This document shows positions 38,101-51,650 of a stretch of 60,781 bases of DNA, piece after piece. Location: contig JAUCBJ010002494.1 in assembly GCA_032718475.1 (NCBI GenBank), forward strand, positions 1 to 60,781. The letters run 5' to 3'. Numbering within the stretch: position 1 is the first letter of the stretch; every line of letters begins with the position of its first letter. The position numbers and the translations under genes were made by a program. The DNA comes from Nemertoderma westbladi. Lineage: Eukaryota > Animalia > Xenacoelomorpha. The notes below the pieces were generated by a model, which ran no database searches, had not been told where the DNA came from, and saw only the letters and a program-made list of their open reading frames with translations.

Positions 38101-39500
38101 TTTTATTTGCTTCTAATTCTATGTCTAAATGGTGTTGTATTATTTCTGACAAAATGTTCGAAGAGCATGTCAACCCAAATGCTGCACGTGTGTAAAGATA
38201 TGCTTGAATTTTCAAGGGTTTACTATCATTGATGTTGCTGACCCAAAGGAAACGGAGACAATCTCTATCTGTTTCATTAATTTTGCAGCGCATGAAGGAT
38301 TGTTCCACGTCTGCGGTTAGTCCAATGCGATTTAAACGGAAACGATATAGGTTTCCAACCAAATTTGGAAGGCGATTGGGACCGCGAATGAGACAATCAT
38401 TTAATGACAAATCAGTGGGGTTGACTCGCGCTGAGGCATTATAAACTACTCTTAGTTTTGTCGACTCCTTTTCTTCTCTTAAGACCCCGTGGTGTGGAAT
38501 GTAATGTAACTGAACTATTGTGTTCTAACCGTTGCCCATTGTGTTCTAACCGTTCCCCAACATTCACTTTTTCTATGTACCCTTTCGCATAATGTTCTTT
38601 AATTACCTTGTCATAGCGATCCAAAATCCCTAATTTCTGTAGCCGTTTAACTAATGATAACAATGCTTGAAACACATATTGTAATGATCATGTAATTGAT
38701 TGGGATTCAGCTTCCATGTTAAACTGACTGAGTACATACAGTACCTTCTTATAATGTATATGTTCCTATTATATTTGCTGATAGCTCACTATGGTACTCT
38801 TTTGGACTAATACCCATACTGTCTAAAGAAAAAAATGCTTTTAAAATTGTCGCTAGTAAATCTGTTGAGTTGTTCTCGCTATTGTTAGAGGAATCGACCT
38901 CCATAGTTGAAACAAGCATGCACATATTACCTTGTTGTGAGATATTTGCACATAATGCAATTTCATTGTTGTGAAATTGTCCTGTGTTTCCTGAAAGTAA
39001 CCAACCTATTCCAGTTCCAGAGTGTAATGCAACAAGGCCTGTATCAGAGACTCTAATTGATCTTCCAGTTACTATTTCCCAGTAGAAATCACTTCCTACT
39101 AAGAGTTGAACCGAAAACACAAATTCTTGTGTTGATTTTTTATACGAAGAATTAGCTAATTCTATTGATTCAAATGAAACTCGAATTTTTGCATATGTTT
39201 CTAACGGAATGTTATTGTGTATTGGATTGCAAATTGTGTCTACTACCAATGCTGACATTGTAAATATTGAGTTGTCCTTCAGGGTAATTTGAGCTACATT
39301 TAGAGATGTAAATTCACTTTCCTTACCACCAAATCCGTTTACACTAATACTTTCCTTTCCTATAATCGGTAAGTTGTTATCCTTCACAAACTTGTTGATA
39401 ACAAATGACTTTTGACTCCCTTAATCGAAAAATTTATTTGTTTTGCTTATACCATTTTTGGTCTGTTTGGCAGTCAATAGTCGCGGTTTGAAGTAAGGCA
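35190..39500 (-). mobile_element. BEL/Pao retrotransposon pol (protease, RT, RNase H, integrase), decayed
   Basis: LLQTA, LLVGSDFYW, SLNDCL..GPN, ADVEQSF, LYVDD, LHGFSDAS, PRKEL, RAIHLEL, GFIERLV. Confidence 0.92.
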
Positions 39501-39516
39501 TTTATTATTTTCAACC

Positions 39517-39950
39517 ATTTCAACCAATGTATATTATAATAATATTATATATACTAAACAGGTCTTCATCAGTGGCGGCTCAGAATCGATCTACTGACTA
39601 AGAAACTAATAACTAAGAACTACTAGCACAGGAGTAAGCACAAAAATGAAAAATGGATTTACCGGTAGTGGTCAACTGTCTGACTGTGTGGAAAAATGGG
39701 GCCTCTTTATAATACTAACAATAATATTCAAAAATTCATATTTTAATAATTTTTATTTTGTGTCCGAAAGGTAGAAATGCGAATATAATTGGGGTCCAAA
39801 AACGTACAGTATACACCAAAAACAATAATAACAAAAAAATAATAATAATAATGTGACATACACAACCAAATACTCTCAACCGACTATTATAATGTTGTCT
39901 ACCATACCGGGTTAAATTCAAGCATGTATTGCGTAGGCCTATTGAGTGTG
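39517..39950 (-). repeat. ~440-bp HHR-bearing repeat, inverted copy
   Basis: Reverse complement of 45103-45548; HHR truncated just after GAAAT. Confidence 0.85.
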
Positions 39951-41023
39951 GGGTGCTCATGTGTAATGTAATGCTTCTCGCTGATTTTACGATCGGCCCA
40001 GTCCCTACATCACCGTCTGATCTTAATACTGAAAGGGTGTGGGTAGTACATGCACCACATAAGTCTTTAAGTGCTAACGCGGGATTTCCTTGGTAAAGTG
40101 ACACCATACCAGTGATATCTGAAAGTACCAATGTGCTAACTCAGTAACAGACTTTAGCAACATTTAGCAACACCAATTCTGCAGCACCCTCAAGAGGACT
40201 CAAGAGTTCTAAAGTGCTAACTTACTAAAAACACCAATAACAATAGTAATATTAGGCAAAGGTAGGAGTTTGAAGTGATGGTATCTGTAAATCTTGAAAG
40301 ATAATGATTAGGTGTTTTTGTGTGGAATATTTCAAGACACCACACATCATAAAATGCTAATTCATTATTCGTTCTTTGGGATGTGAAAGGATATTGAATT
40401 ATATTATAATATTAAATATTTAATCATTTGTTTCAAAAATATCAATATTTATTTAGTTTCAACAACGTCAATAGAATCAAAATATTTATATTAAAATTTA
40501 AGTAAAATTACACAACATAGTTTGTCTAATGATTCTTATAGTGTTATTGATTGTTTGAAAATCAAGATGTTCAGAATAAATTTAAATTCCATTATTTGAA
40601 CGTTAAAAATTGGTTGGTAACATTATTTCAACGTTTCAAATTGGTTACAAACTGAATTGGGGGGTGGGGGGTGTACACACCAAATTTTATACTACTGTAC
40701 CAAGTTTTTGCAAATTTCATTTGTGAAAATGTTCTCAAACATAAAATATATTAAATTAAAATATATTGTAACGTTCTATATTTTTCGTTTTCAAAATAAA
40801 ATAGAGAATCTTAAAAAAAATTTTCTCTTTTTTAAACAATAGAACATTTCTGCATTTCCAATCGCTAATTTCTCAGGCTACCAAAGGGGATCAGAACCTT
40901 AATGCGCATATAAGACAATGAATGCTCGTATTTATGGATGTATGTTACCACTATATAATTTCCACTGACTGGAATTATTTATTTCAGAAATACATTGTCA
41001 TCTATATTGTGATGTATGGTTGA

Positions 41024-41405
41024 TTAAAAAGCAATAAACACAATAAACGCTATAAATAGAATGCTGTACCGTCGCCACCACAACTCCCTATCACCCATGA
41101 CATTTGCTAGATCATCCGCATCTTCAAGGCCAGTGTCCTTTAAGATGCGTCTCAAGAAAGTCATGGGCTGTCCACCATGCTTATTCACTCCATGAAGCTG
41201 CCAAAGCACAAGATTGTGCACTGACTGGTCTAAACGGCGAAAGCAATGTCCTGCAAAGCGGAGGCGAATTTGTTCTAGTGTCAAGCCTGGGGGTACCAAT
41301 GAGACACCTCCAATGATATATAGTGTCTGGTTGGAGATGTGTGGATTGTACTTGACACTATGAACTCGGCGTAGCATTCTTGTGAATGTGCCATTCAGAG
41401 ATTTG
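41024..41405 (-). mobile_element. RTE LINE 3' fragment
   Basis: RLRFAGHCFR..LVLW..KDTGL..MGDRELW. Confidence 0.8.
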
Positions 41406-41407
41406 GT

Positions 41408-42190
41408 GTTTTTGCTACACATGCTAACTGTATACAGAAATCTTATATTTTTATCAGATTATCATTCAATTTCAGTGCATATAATATTTGTGTCTCACGT
41501 GTATTGAATAGTCCATAAAGTTGTTTATATGTTGCCTAACAGCGGTTGTGGTATTACTGAACTCTCATTGGTAACTACAGAAGCCGGTATTCTTGCGTCT
41601 TATTGGCTGTTCTACTTCACTGAGCCTTGTTTGTACCCATATATAATCAGTGTCCACCCTGACACGATAGGCTTAACCTGATACCATCTTCAGGTACTTT
41701 ACATCAATTTTATAGCCTAGCAAGTCACGTTAATTACAACGGCTTGCAATATTTTACCTTATTACTTGCAACTTATCACTTGTCATTTGCAATTTAACAT
41801 CTTATTGCTTATTATTTGTGTTTACTATTATTGCATTACTTGTTAATGAATATACTGGGCCAGAGATCAAACCAACTCGATTTCCACACGGTAAGTGCAT
41901 ATTGCGCCCTGTCAGTAATAGATTCGGTTCATTTAATGCGAGTGTGTGTGTCTATAGTACTGCAATATTATTCCCAACTAGTAAACATCATCTATCAATA
42001 ATGCAAGTGATACGAGTAAACTGTGCGCTTATCACGCACTAAGCCAACGTAGTGTCCTACCTGTGATATATATAAGTCATACGTACATTTGCTAGCCAAC
42101 AACACAATATAACGGAACGGTTTACACGTAACTATCGCACCCCCTTGAAGCAGTTTGTAAGTGCTGAGGCTTTATACTTACAGTAACTAA
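41408..42190 (-). repeat. Diverged inverted copy of 3905-4665 (BEL leader)
   Basis: Colinear blocks such as CGTGTAAACCGTTC, GCAAATGTACGTATGACTTATATAT and ATATTGCAGTACTAT are shared. Confidence 0.8.
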
Positions 42191-42246
42191 TTCTAGATCC
42201 CGTTAAGATATATATATATTAGATAATATATATATACCCCCACACT

Positions 42247-45102
42247 TTCGTGAGTGTTCCTGCTGTGTGGCAGGTATCCCAAGGCATTGATAGCACTCAT
42301 AAGAACTACACAAAGACTTGCTGTGGCATCTTCAGGTTAGCCTCCCATAAACGCCTTGAAAGGTGTCCTCTCCTCAGCAGTTGTTTAAGAATGCTGTGCC
42401 GGCTTGTCGACAAAATTGCGCTGCCACAACTCCCTATCACCCATGACATTTGCTAGATCATCCACATTTTCAAGGCCAGTGTCCTTTAAGATGCGTATCA
42501 AGAAAGTCATGGGCTGTCCACCATGCTTCTTCACTCCATGAGGCTGCCAAAGTACAAGATTATGCAGTGGGCCCCATGGTCCCACGACCTTTACGGAACC
42601 CATTCTGATTTCCACGGAGCAGTCTCTCAATGGGATCCCTGATGCGATTTAACAGAATCCTATTATATAGCTTTGCAGCAATCGAGATCAATGAGATTCC
42701 CCGAAAAGAACCATAGAGTGTTAGGTTGGCCTTCTAGGGAACTGGCACCAACTTATTTGTTTTCATTTCTTGTGGGACTCTTGTTGTTCGGTACATGTCT
42801 ACTCTGATGGTATAGATGAGCTTTAAACACTCAGGTATTTTAAAGACCTCAGGGGGAACACCATCTACTCCACTGGCACGATTGGTCTTAATGCTCTTTG
42901 CAGCAGCCTTCACTTCTGCAAAGGAGATATCGCCAATGGGAATATCTGGGAGTACAGACTCAGACACTTTTACTTCTATAAAGTTATCAGGCAATACCCT
43001 GTCATTATTGAGGAGCTTTTCAAAGTGGGCTTCCAACCATTTAGGCGATCGGCTGGTGATTCAGCCTTAACGTTGGTGGTTGGTTGGCTTTTCCGCCCAG
43101 TAAGCAAGTTGATCGATTTCCATGCCTGGGATGATTGCCTGCTGTCGTCAGCATCATTGATGGCATCAACCTGTTGGTTTATTAGCTCCTGTAGATTAAC
43201 AGAGTACTGCCTGTTCAGGGACCTAGATGCAGCCTTATCTGCATTCTTGGCTGCTGTAGTCTGTTTGAGTCAGGACTCTTTCTGCGCCTTATAGAGGTCA
43301 TTTCGGCACTTCTGAATTTTGTTGTCAGTACAGGGGGTCATTTTCCTGTTTCGAGGGTATACAGGAACTGTTTCTGCAGCTGCTAACTGAACTGCTTCTG
43401 TAAAGGCAGTATTGCCCTCACAGTGATCTGCCGCCTCAGAGGCAAGAACCTCGTACCTACCTGTTGCTCAGCTATAGTGTGAAGCTGGATCTCACACTTG
43501 GCTGTTGCAACAGAGAGGACCAGTCATGCCGCGGCAAGGCAGATTTCGTTGTTCTGCTAGCACGCAGACTAAGTCTTACCCTGGCTGCAATAAAGCGGTG
43601 ATCACTGGAGAAGGGTCGAAGTGTAAATGCATTACAGTCTTGTATAGAGCTCCTGACTTCCTACGAATCAGAATATGGTCTATCTGGGACTTGTGACCAC
43701 TGGGTCCACATGAGTCCATAGCTTTCCAGTTCGCTTTTTGAACTGGGTTCCAGCCATAAACAACACATTTCCAGAGATAAAATCCTGAAGATGGAAGGAA
43801 TTTCGGTTAACACTATTGCTATAGACCCAGGGCGATGTAGGTGATTGATGCAGAGTTGCATTAAAGTCTCCCAGGAATGTTAAGAATGCAAGCTGATCCA
43901 CTCCATCAGTAGCTGCTTGTAGATTGAGGTAGAAGTTTTCCACCTCCTCTATAGAGGCAACACTAGTTGGAGAGTAGCACACAATCAGAACCACCTTAGG
44001 AAACTTCTTAGCCAGTCTTCCAGAACATGAGAAGTGGCAACGGATGATGCGATTAGAGATTTGGTCTATTTTGTCCAATGCTGCATGTGCAGTTGGATTC
44101 ATAAATGATCATCAATTCCTCCATTGCCACTATCATCTTCTGACGCGAAGGCGAGTCGCCAACCGCCCCCATGTCCTTAATCGGAACCTCATCAGTCTGT
44201 CCAGTCCTTATTCGGTGCTCTTGAACACCCACTGCGCTAAGAGAAAGCTTATCTGTCAAGGCAGTCGGCTCACCTTGTCGCATTGGGGACCCGAGTGTTA
44301 GGGTGTTTACTGAGGCTAGTCTAGTGACTTGCCTCAGATTCACCAATGGCTTTGTTGGTCGGGGTGGAACATGAGAGTAGCCTCCAACTCCAGAATCCCT
44401 CTCCCCCTCACAATCTGGCCTCCCTGGTGACCCAGGGTTTGGGCCAGAAAGGTCATCAGGAAAGGGACTCAAAGAATTGTTTGCCGCTCTCTCTCCAGTA
44501 GGGGGTGAGACAGGCAGCCGGTCAGTAGATAACTGACGCCTGTGAGGCCGATTGTGTCCAGTCATTCCATTGGCCTCTAGTGGCTGGACCTCCGTTTACT
44601 AATGTAATCCATAGTGGGGGTTGGGGGGTGCTTTTTTGCCGAGTCAGCTCTCGGGGCAAATACCATACCCTGGTTTGCCATTCCACAGGGTGGGTATCGC
44701 TGTGGAGTCAGATATGAGGCCCATCACCCATATCTACTCTGGCGCACATGACCCACCATTGGCTGTGCAGCTCATCTGCTGGGCCACGCCCTTTACCCCT
44801 GCTTCCAGGTGCAGGTCGCAGTGAAGTGCACTCACAGTGCACATGAGAACACTCTACTCCTGACCAGCCATTGGTAGATCACCATCTGCCTGGCCAGGCC
44901 ATATACCCCTGCAGCCAAGTATATCTGTCCTTAATCCAGGACCAAGGGCGTCCTTATTCAATAACGAAGGGGGTCCTAGTTACAGGACCACATTTTCCCT
45001 AGTAAGAGGGTCTATGCAGCTACAGGTGGCACCTCCTTTATGCTGCATGGAGGGGGCAAGTTTTCTTGATCAATGACCTAGAATACCTGATCTGACCTAA
45101 GA
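42247..45102 (-). mobile_element. RTE-clade LINE with 5' UTR and APE endonuclease; RT core internally deleted
   Basis: VGVQEHR, CYSPT, LGDFNA, ASGVDGVPPE, NQNGFRKGR joined directly to the C-terminal LHNLVLW; CACACT duplicated at 42241-42246 and 45103-45108. Confidence 0.85.
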
Positions 45103-45555
45103 CACACTCAATACGCAATACATGCCTGAATTTATCCCGGGATGGTAGACAACATTATAATAGTCGGTTGAGAGTATTTGGTTGTGTATGTCACATTATT
45201 ACTATTTTTTTTGGTTATTATTTTTTGGATATTATTGTTTTTGGTGTATACTGTACGTTTTTGGACCCCAATTATATTCGCATTTCTACCTTTCGGACAC
45301 AAAATAAAAATTATTATTTACGTTTCTTCCTTTTTGAATATTATTGTTAGTATTATAAAGAGGCCTCATTTTTCCACACAGTCAGACAGTTGACCACTAC
45401 CGGTAAATCCATTTTTCATTTTTGTGCTTACTCCTGTGCTAGTAGTTCTTAGTTATTAGTTTCTTAGTCAGTAGATCGATTCTGAGCCGCCACTGATGAA
45501 AACCTGTTTAGTATATATAATATTATTATAATATACATTGGTTGAAATATTTGGC
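45103..45555 (+). repeat. ~450-bp HHR-bearing repeat
   Basis: Inverted partner of 39517-39950. Confidence 0.85.
45489..45555 (+). ncRNA. Minimal type I hammerhead-like motif with long AU-rich stem II
   Basis: GCCA-CTGATGA-A-AACC-[AU-rich hairpin]-GGTT-GAAA-TA-TT-TGGC. Confidence 0.65.
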
Positions 45556-45559
45556 TATA

Positions 45560-46200
45560 GTACTACTTACTACTTTCTAGATCTACCTGAGAAAGATCGC
45601 AACCACGATATTGAAAGTCCCGCTACTACTTATTTCGCTTCACCAGTTAAACTTTGTATTAAATGTTGTAGTTTTAATACGTCTGGTAATCCAGAATCAT
45701 GGAATTGCGGAGCGAAAAGAATCTCGCCACCCGCAATATTCTAATAAATTTCCAGAATATTTTGGGGCTAATTTAGGTAACACAGATGTAGCATAATTAC
45801 TACTATTAGCATAAAAACTACTTCTATGAGAGGTTAATTCAATTGCAGCATCACCGGTATCTTGTTCTACTCTAGTTTCTGATAAGTTGTTTCTGATAAT
45901 GACAGTTGTAACTGAGTTATTGCGTTTGTGAGTCTAACCTTGTAGGTCATTGAATGTTGTATGTCGCGTTGATTATCTTCTTCGTCCATAATTGCCCAAA
46001 TTGCAATGTCCATTTCGTCTAGTCGATTGACATAGCCTTGTAAGATTGACACCTGAGACGTTTTTCTCTCGATATTGAAAGACTCCATATCGTCAGAGTC
46101 TTTGAGTGCGATTGTTGCTGCGGCTTGAACGCCGCCTCGGGATAACTCCTCGCTTTATTGAATGGATAGCCCAAACTGCAGAGAAGTATATTACTTGCCA
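45560..46200 (-). mobile_element. BEL/Pao gag 5' part, probably the same element
   Basis: PKLAPKYSGNLLEYCGWRDSFRSAI (DUF1759-like) and upstream coiled-coil RLDEMDIAIW. Confidence 0.7.
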
Positions 46201-46250
46201 AATTTATTACTATAACTTTTTGTTCAGCACAGCTTTTGCAAAGTCGGCAA

Positions 46251-46324
46251 TGACGTCCAGGTGGGATCGAACTAGTGACCTCCGAGTTGGAAGTCTGACG
46301 CTCTAACCATTCAGCTAGCGGCTC
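46251..46324 (-). pseudogene. tRNA-derived sequence (SINE head or tRNA pseudogene)
   Basis: A box TAGCTGAATGG, B box GTTCGATCC, D and T arms present; acceptor and anticodon stems mispaired. Confidence 0.7.
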
Positions 46325-46352
46325 AGGTAAAAGGTAGACCTGGAAATACTAT

Positions 46353-46626
46353 CTGATACCTTGATGTCCGCAATTTACCTCCTCATGACCTCCCAACTGT
46401 CAATACCATCATATGCTGCCACTGTGCTCAACCCTATCGTACTTGGCCGTCTTTAACCACTCGCTACTTTAAAGTAGTTGTTCATGGTTAATATACCCTA
46501 CCCTTTCATTGTACATCGTGGTTAAAGACGGCCAAGTACTGTAGGGTTGAACACAGTGGCAGCATACCATGGTATTGACAGATGGGAGGCCATGAGGAGG
46601 TAAATTGCGGACATACAAGGTATCAG
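46353..46626. mobile_element. Palindromic MITE with ~108-bp arms
   Basis: 46353-46460 is an imperfect reverse complement of 46518-46626. Confidence 0.8.
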
Positions 46627-49600
46627 GAAGTAGGCCTATGTTATTGCTTTTGTTGCATCTATTGTAGCACTATTACTTTGTTTACCAAGCTACATCGATG
46701 AATAGAATATTCCTTTTGAGAATAAAATTAACACGACATCTGACGACAACGTTGGGAACTGAAGAATATTCCGCAAACTGACATTACACTTGAGGAATTG
46801 TTAAAAGTATCTCATATTTGTGTCAGCCAATCAGACAAGTTGTTCTTTACCCCCAAGTTATTTTGATATCCAATAGTTTGTAATAATACTATTTTACGTA
46901 TCATTTCTGGTTCATTCACTATTATACTTTCTGCAACTCCGTAATGCTTCTGTACTGGTTATGATAACTGACATTTGTAAATTTAAATTCTTTAGTAAAT
47001 AATTAGGATCGTAGTGTATCCAATCCAATAATTTGTCTATGTAGTAAATTTGCGCTAGAATTAGTTTCCGTGTGGGTATATAAATCTTTAATTTCGGTCA
47101 GTAATTAATTGTGTAGTATTAAGGAGGTACCACAGTTGTTGGGGGAACCTGTACATACATACTTACACAGTATAATGGGGTCATTATACAATAGGCCTAC
47201 TACAAAACGCATTATTACTTAGGATAAAACCCTGCGATGTGTTAGTTCCGTTATAGAACCCCAAAAAATGGCACACTCCTACAGATTGGACTTTTGGAGT
47301 TAAATATTTGAAAGTACTCCCATTTCAATTATTGTTCCTGAAAACCAAATAAAATTTCTATGTCACTATGTCAACAGAGAGTTGCTTTTTATTAAATCTT
47401 GGAACCAAGGGGGGGGGGGGGGGGGGGGGGGGTTGACGCAAATCCCATCTTTTCGAATTAATTTCTCTCTCAATGTTATATTCTCAATTTAGGGAAAGGA
47501 GCAGATTATAGTGGCACGTTATTTTAACCAAAACAATAAACTAAGCACAATAAAACAGGTTCCAGTTTTATTTTTGAGAGTAATCAGCTGTTATTTGCGT
47601 CGAATTTCCCCTGGAGAAGGATTAATTTTTATTGCGTCGAAAGTCCTCTCTCACTATCTGAAATTTTTTAAAATTCAAAATTTTGACAATCTCGCTCATC
47701 ATTATGACGCTAAAAATGACATTCAACTTAAAATAAACGCACTAAATGCCTAGCCATTCGTTTTGACAATCTGCCATATCCAATTATACAACTTCGGCGA
47801 AATGTCATTTCATATGCGTAGCTGTGAAGCACAGTGATTTACTATTTTAAGAATCTTCATTTTTTTTTATAAATTCTAGCTGCTTTTAGTTTTTAAATTC
47901 CCTTTAATGAATGCTTTCACCTCAACAGCATCATAGATACTATTATGTAAATCCATTAAATCGCAAATAGTAAATCTCAACGCTCGTACGATATAAGGTG
48001 ATTAAAGTATCGATGCGTTGTGGCTGGACTGGCTGTCAATGGTTTGACCCATGATAGCCCTAATCTGAGCTTATTTATTCTCATATTAGCCTTTTACTTC
48101 CCAACCTATGGAAATATGAAGGATAAGACGACTTTTAGTAAATTTTATCCCACATCTTAACAGGATGATGATACGCTATTGAACACATGCTATTTATGCA
48201 TCTTGCATTCATTACGCATACACTGTTTGGCACTCAAATATAGGGGTTATGCGGGGGTAGATAAATGATTGTTGTTACTTAAAATTGTTTGCGGGAAACT
48301 CGTACCTCCAGGCAATTCGTGTCCGGCAAACACGTGCCCGGACAAGTCGTGCCCGGGATACTCAAGTCAGTGTCACTTATTCCTTTACCAGTTTTGAATT
48401 CAGGGAAAAAAAGGAGCAGGTTGCGGTGCGAAAGTTCCTATCCAAAATTCAATAAACTACTAAGTACACTATTTTCAGATATACATGCCTATAATTCTGG
48501 ACACAAGTTGCTATTAAGAAAATCAGCGCCCACCGCCACCACATGCGATAGTAGGCGTCGTAGGCCCTATGCTAGGCCTCTACGCAGACAGACTAGATAG
48601 ATTCATTTAGGCGGGGTAATTCTTACCAAATTCAAAATTCGACAAAATTATAACATGTTGTTGTGCTGAGTGAATAAGGTAATAATAATGATTATTGTAA
48701 AATGGTTTCGTTTTAGCATAATGAGGACGCGTGGCGTGCTAAGCTAGGTATACCCATTTACAGTAGTTTCCATAGGAAGAGATCAGGAATACAATCAGGG
48801 GAACTGCAAGTCACATTTTGATTGGTGGTGAGACCATTTGATATATACAGAGATTTGATGCTTTCCTTGAATTTTATATTGTAAGCTCTTAGAAAGTTTT
48901 ACAGTAATTTAGTAGGATATAACTGGTGCTAATGATTATTTTACTATGAGATTGTCCTGTAAGTTCAGGATTAAAAAAACATGTGTTCCCCTTGGTATTT
49001 GCTCCTTTTGGGTTGCATATCGCAAAGATTTTTCTTATACAAGACCAAATTATGGCCTAGAAAATATGTATGACATTGCCACTAAGTCAGGTATGTAGAT
49101 TGGTTGTTGCATAAGGTTGAAATGTATAGGTTGGAAAGAGTTTTTAACATTTTTACTTAAAATCGATAAGTAGGTCGGTTTGATAAATGTTGAATGGTGA
49201 GATCTCTCCAGCGAACACCACATTGTTGTGCATAACCCCATAATACCACCCCCCCCCCCCCCCCCCCCCTCCCCCTTTTCTACAAAAACTAATTATTATA
49301 GTTAATAACTCATGAATTTGAAGAAATTGAAACTATTTTGCTTGATTCACGGCACCTTGTTATTCAATAAATTATTTCCAAATAAGTTTCTGAACCCTAA
49401 TCAATAGAGACAGAAAAGTGAAACCATTAGAAACATCCTCCCACACCCACTACAGTACACGCATCTGCTAAAGCTGATCTATCTATTAATAATCGGGTAG
49501 AGTAAAGCTATGTCATTACTCCTGGTATATAATCCTATCTCTTTGTCAGATTTAGTATACTGGAGACATAAGCCCACAATAAATTGGTTTTGCTATGAAA

Positions 49601-50424
49601 TCAAAAAGCACTTACGGGTAAACCACAAGATGGTTGTAGTAATGTGAATGCCCCAAGAGAGGCCTGATGTCTGGAATGCCTTTGAGTGATGTACATCAAA
49701 TATTTCTCGGTGACATTTAGGTTAGCTAATCCCATGGGGATTCCTAAGTGGTATTTTATGTTGAAATTATGTTTTTCATGGTCATTGAATAGCCTGACTG
49801 CTGAAAAAAAATCAATATATTTCCAGACGTTAGAAACACGACTCTTTTTTAATTAACCCCATCATCAAAGGCAGTGATATGCCGTCTTGTAATATATTTT
49901 ACAAAATATATATTTTAGTAATTTCTTTCATCAGTCTGTTGATGTGTCAATGTTTTTGATATAAAATAAACCTTAGTAAATGATGTACAGTATACATATA
50001 CAATAATGTTTAGATATTTCGTATTTCGTTTTAATGTATTATTTTTGTGTTACTCACCTACTAGACATTCTCACCTACTCTACATACTAAGATTACATAT
50101 TATAGTTAAAGTGTGACACCAACAGCAGACAGAACATGACCTGACCATAGCGCATATGCTGTAATAATGGGATATAGACAAATCCTGTATAGAATCCTTC
50201 TGTAAATCTATAACCACTGTACTTTGAGTTTATTGTTTTGGTTCATTACTCACGCCCCTCTAACCTGATCCTTTCCATTCATTCAGCAATTATTAAAGGA
50301 AAAATCAATTTTAGGCGGAGCTGATATACCAACATCGACCACCTATGTATGATACAGGCAAAATTGTTCTGGTCAATAGAAACTGTACAAAGGATAAGTT
50401 GAGGGAAGGCCACATATAGCAGAT

Positions 50425-51251
50425 TCATTGGTTTTCATTGCCATCACCTCCTTTTTTTGTTTGCGGGTTGTACTTCCCCACTATTGGTGTTCATTGCCGT
50501 CACCTCAGTCCTTTTTTTGTTTGCGGGTTGTACTTCCCCACTATTGGTGTTCATTGGCATCACCTCAGTTCTTTTTTTGTTTCTGGGTTGTACTTCCCCA
50601 CTATTGGTGTTCATTGCCATCACCTCCTTTTTTTGTTTGCGGGTTGTACTTCCCCACTATTGGTGTTCATGGCCATCACCTCAGTTCTTTTTTTGTTTCT
50701 GGGTTGTACTTCCCCACTATTGGTGTTCATTGCCATCACCTCCTTTTTTGTTTGCGGCTTGTACTTCCCCACTATTGGTGTTCATTGCCGTCACCTCAGT
50801 CCTTTTTTTGTTTGCGGGAATTGTACTTCCCCACTATTGGTGTTCATTGCCGTAACCTCAGTCCTTTTTTTGTTTGCGGGTTGTACTTCCCCACTATTGG
50901 TGTTCATTGCCATCACCTCCTTTTTTTGCTTGCGGGTTGTACTTCCCCACTATTGGTGTTCATTGCCATCACCTCAGTCCTTTTTTTGTTTGCGGGTTGT
51001 ACTTCCCCACTATTGGTGTTCATTGCCTTCACCTCAGTCCTTTTTTTGTTTGCGGCTTGTACTTCCCCACTATTGGTGTTCATTGCCGTCACCTCTGTCC
51101 TTTTTTTGTTTCTGGGTTGTACTTCCCCACTATTGGTGTTCATTGCCGTCACCTCAGTCCTTTTTTTGTTTGTGGGTTGCACTTCCCCACTATTGGTGTT
51201 CATTGCCATCACCTCAGTCCTTTTTTTGTTTGCGGGTTGCACTTATCCACT
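50425..51251. repeat. Minisatellite, 57/60-bp unit, ~14 copies
   Basis: CTATTGGTGTTCATTGCCATCACCTC(AGT)CTTTTTTTGTTTGCGGGTTGTACTTCCCCA; no unique spacers. Confidence 0.95.
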
Positions 51252-51294
51252 GAATTCTTAGTGAAATATTCATTAAAGCTACCAATAGCGTAAA

Positions 51295-51650
51295 GACATC
51301 TTCCAAAACGGCTACTGATGATACTTCATGAAGCCACCCGTGTCCAGCTGTTGGTGATTGGATCGTAATGGTTCATGGTTTTGATACATTTCCCCTAACC
51401 ATGTCATACCATTGGTCTACACCTGGATCATAACACCCGCTGATATAGAGTATCGATCCCTTGTTGGAACATCCAACCGAATAGAAAAATACATTGACAA
51501 AAGCGACTCCAGAGCTGATCCTATTCATTTGTTTAACCAATTGCCACTTATTAGACTCTGGTATGTATTGCTACCATGACAGAGTCCAGCAGATTATAAA
51601 TAGTGTTGTTTTTTCCGACCATAAAAGCAAACAAATGTGTACAGGGCTGG
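51295..51650 (-). pseudogene. Kelch-repeat (KLHL-like) pseudogene fragment
   Basis: Manual translation: YIPESNKWQLVKQMNRISSGVAFVNVFFYSVG..CYDPGVDQW..; HYDPITNSWTRVAS; frameshifts and stops. Confidence 0.75.

Noticed and set aside
44560-45102. HDV-like ribozyme in the RTE 5' UTR
   Set aside because: Could not build a P1/P1.1/P2/P3/P4 nested pseudoknot by eye; a descriptor search would be needed.
46251-46324. Functional tRNA gene
   Set aside because: Acceptor and anticodon stems are mispaired and the anticodon loop is irregular; better explained as a SINE head or pseudogene.
10544-49270. Long poly-G/poly-C tracts (10544, 19683, 25648, 47408, 49249)
   Set aside because: Mostly within MITE ends; homopolymer lengths are unreliable and no function is supportable.
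49616-49800. Possible downstream POLQ exon on the - strand (AG..GTAAGT, one open frame)
   Set aside because: Translation shows no recognisable POLQ or polymerase motif.
50425-51293. CRISPR-like periodicity and 109-277 aa ORFs
   Set aside because: Units are contiguous near-identical repeats with no unique spacers and no cas genes; the ORFs are by-products of a 57/60-bp stop-free unit.
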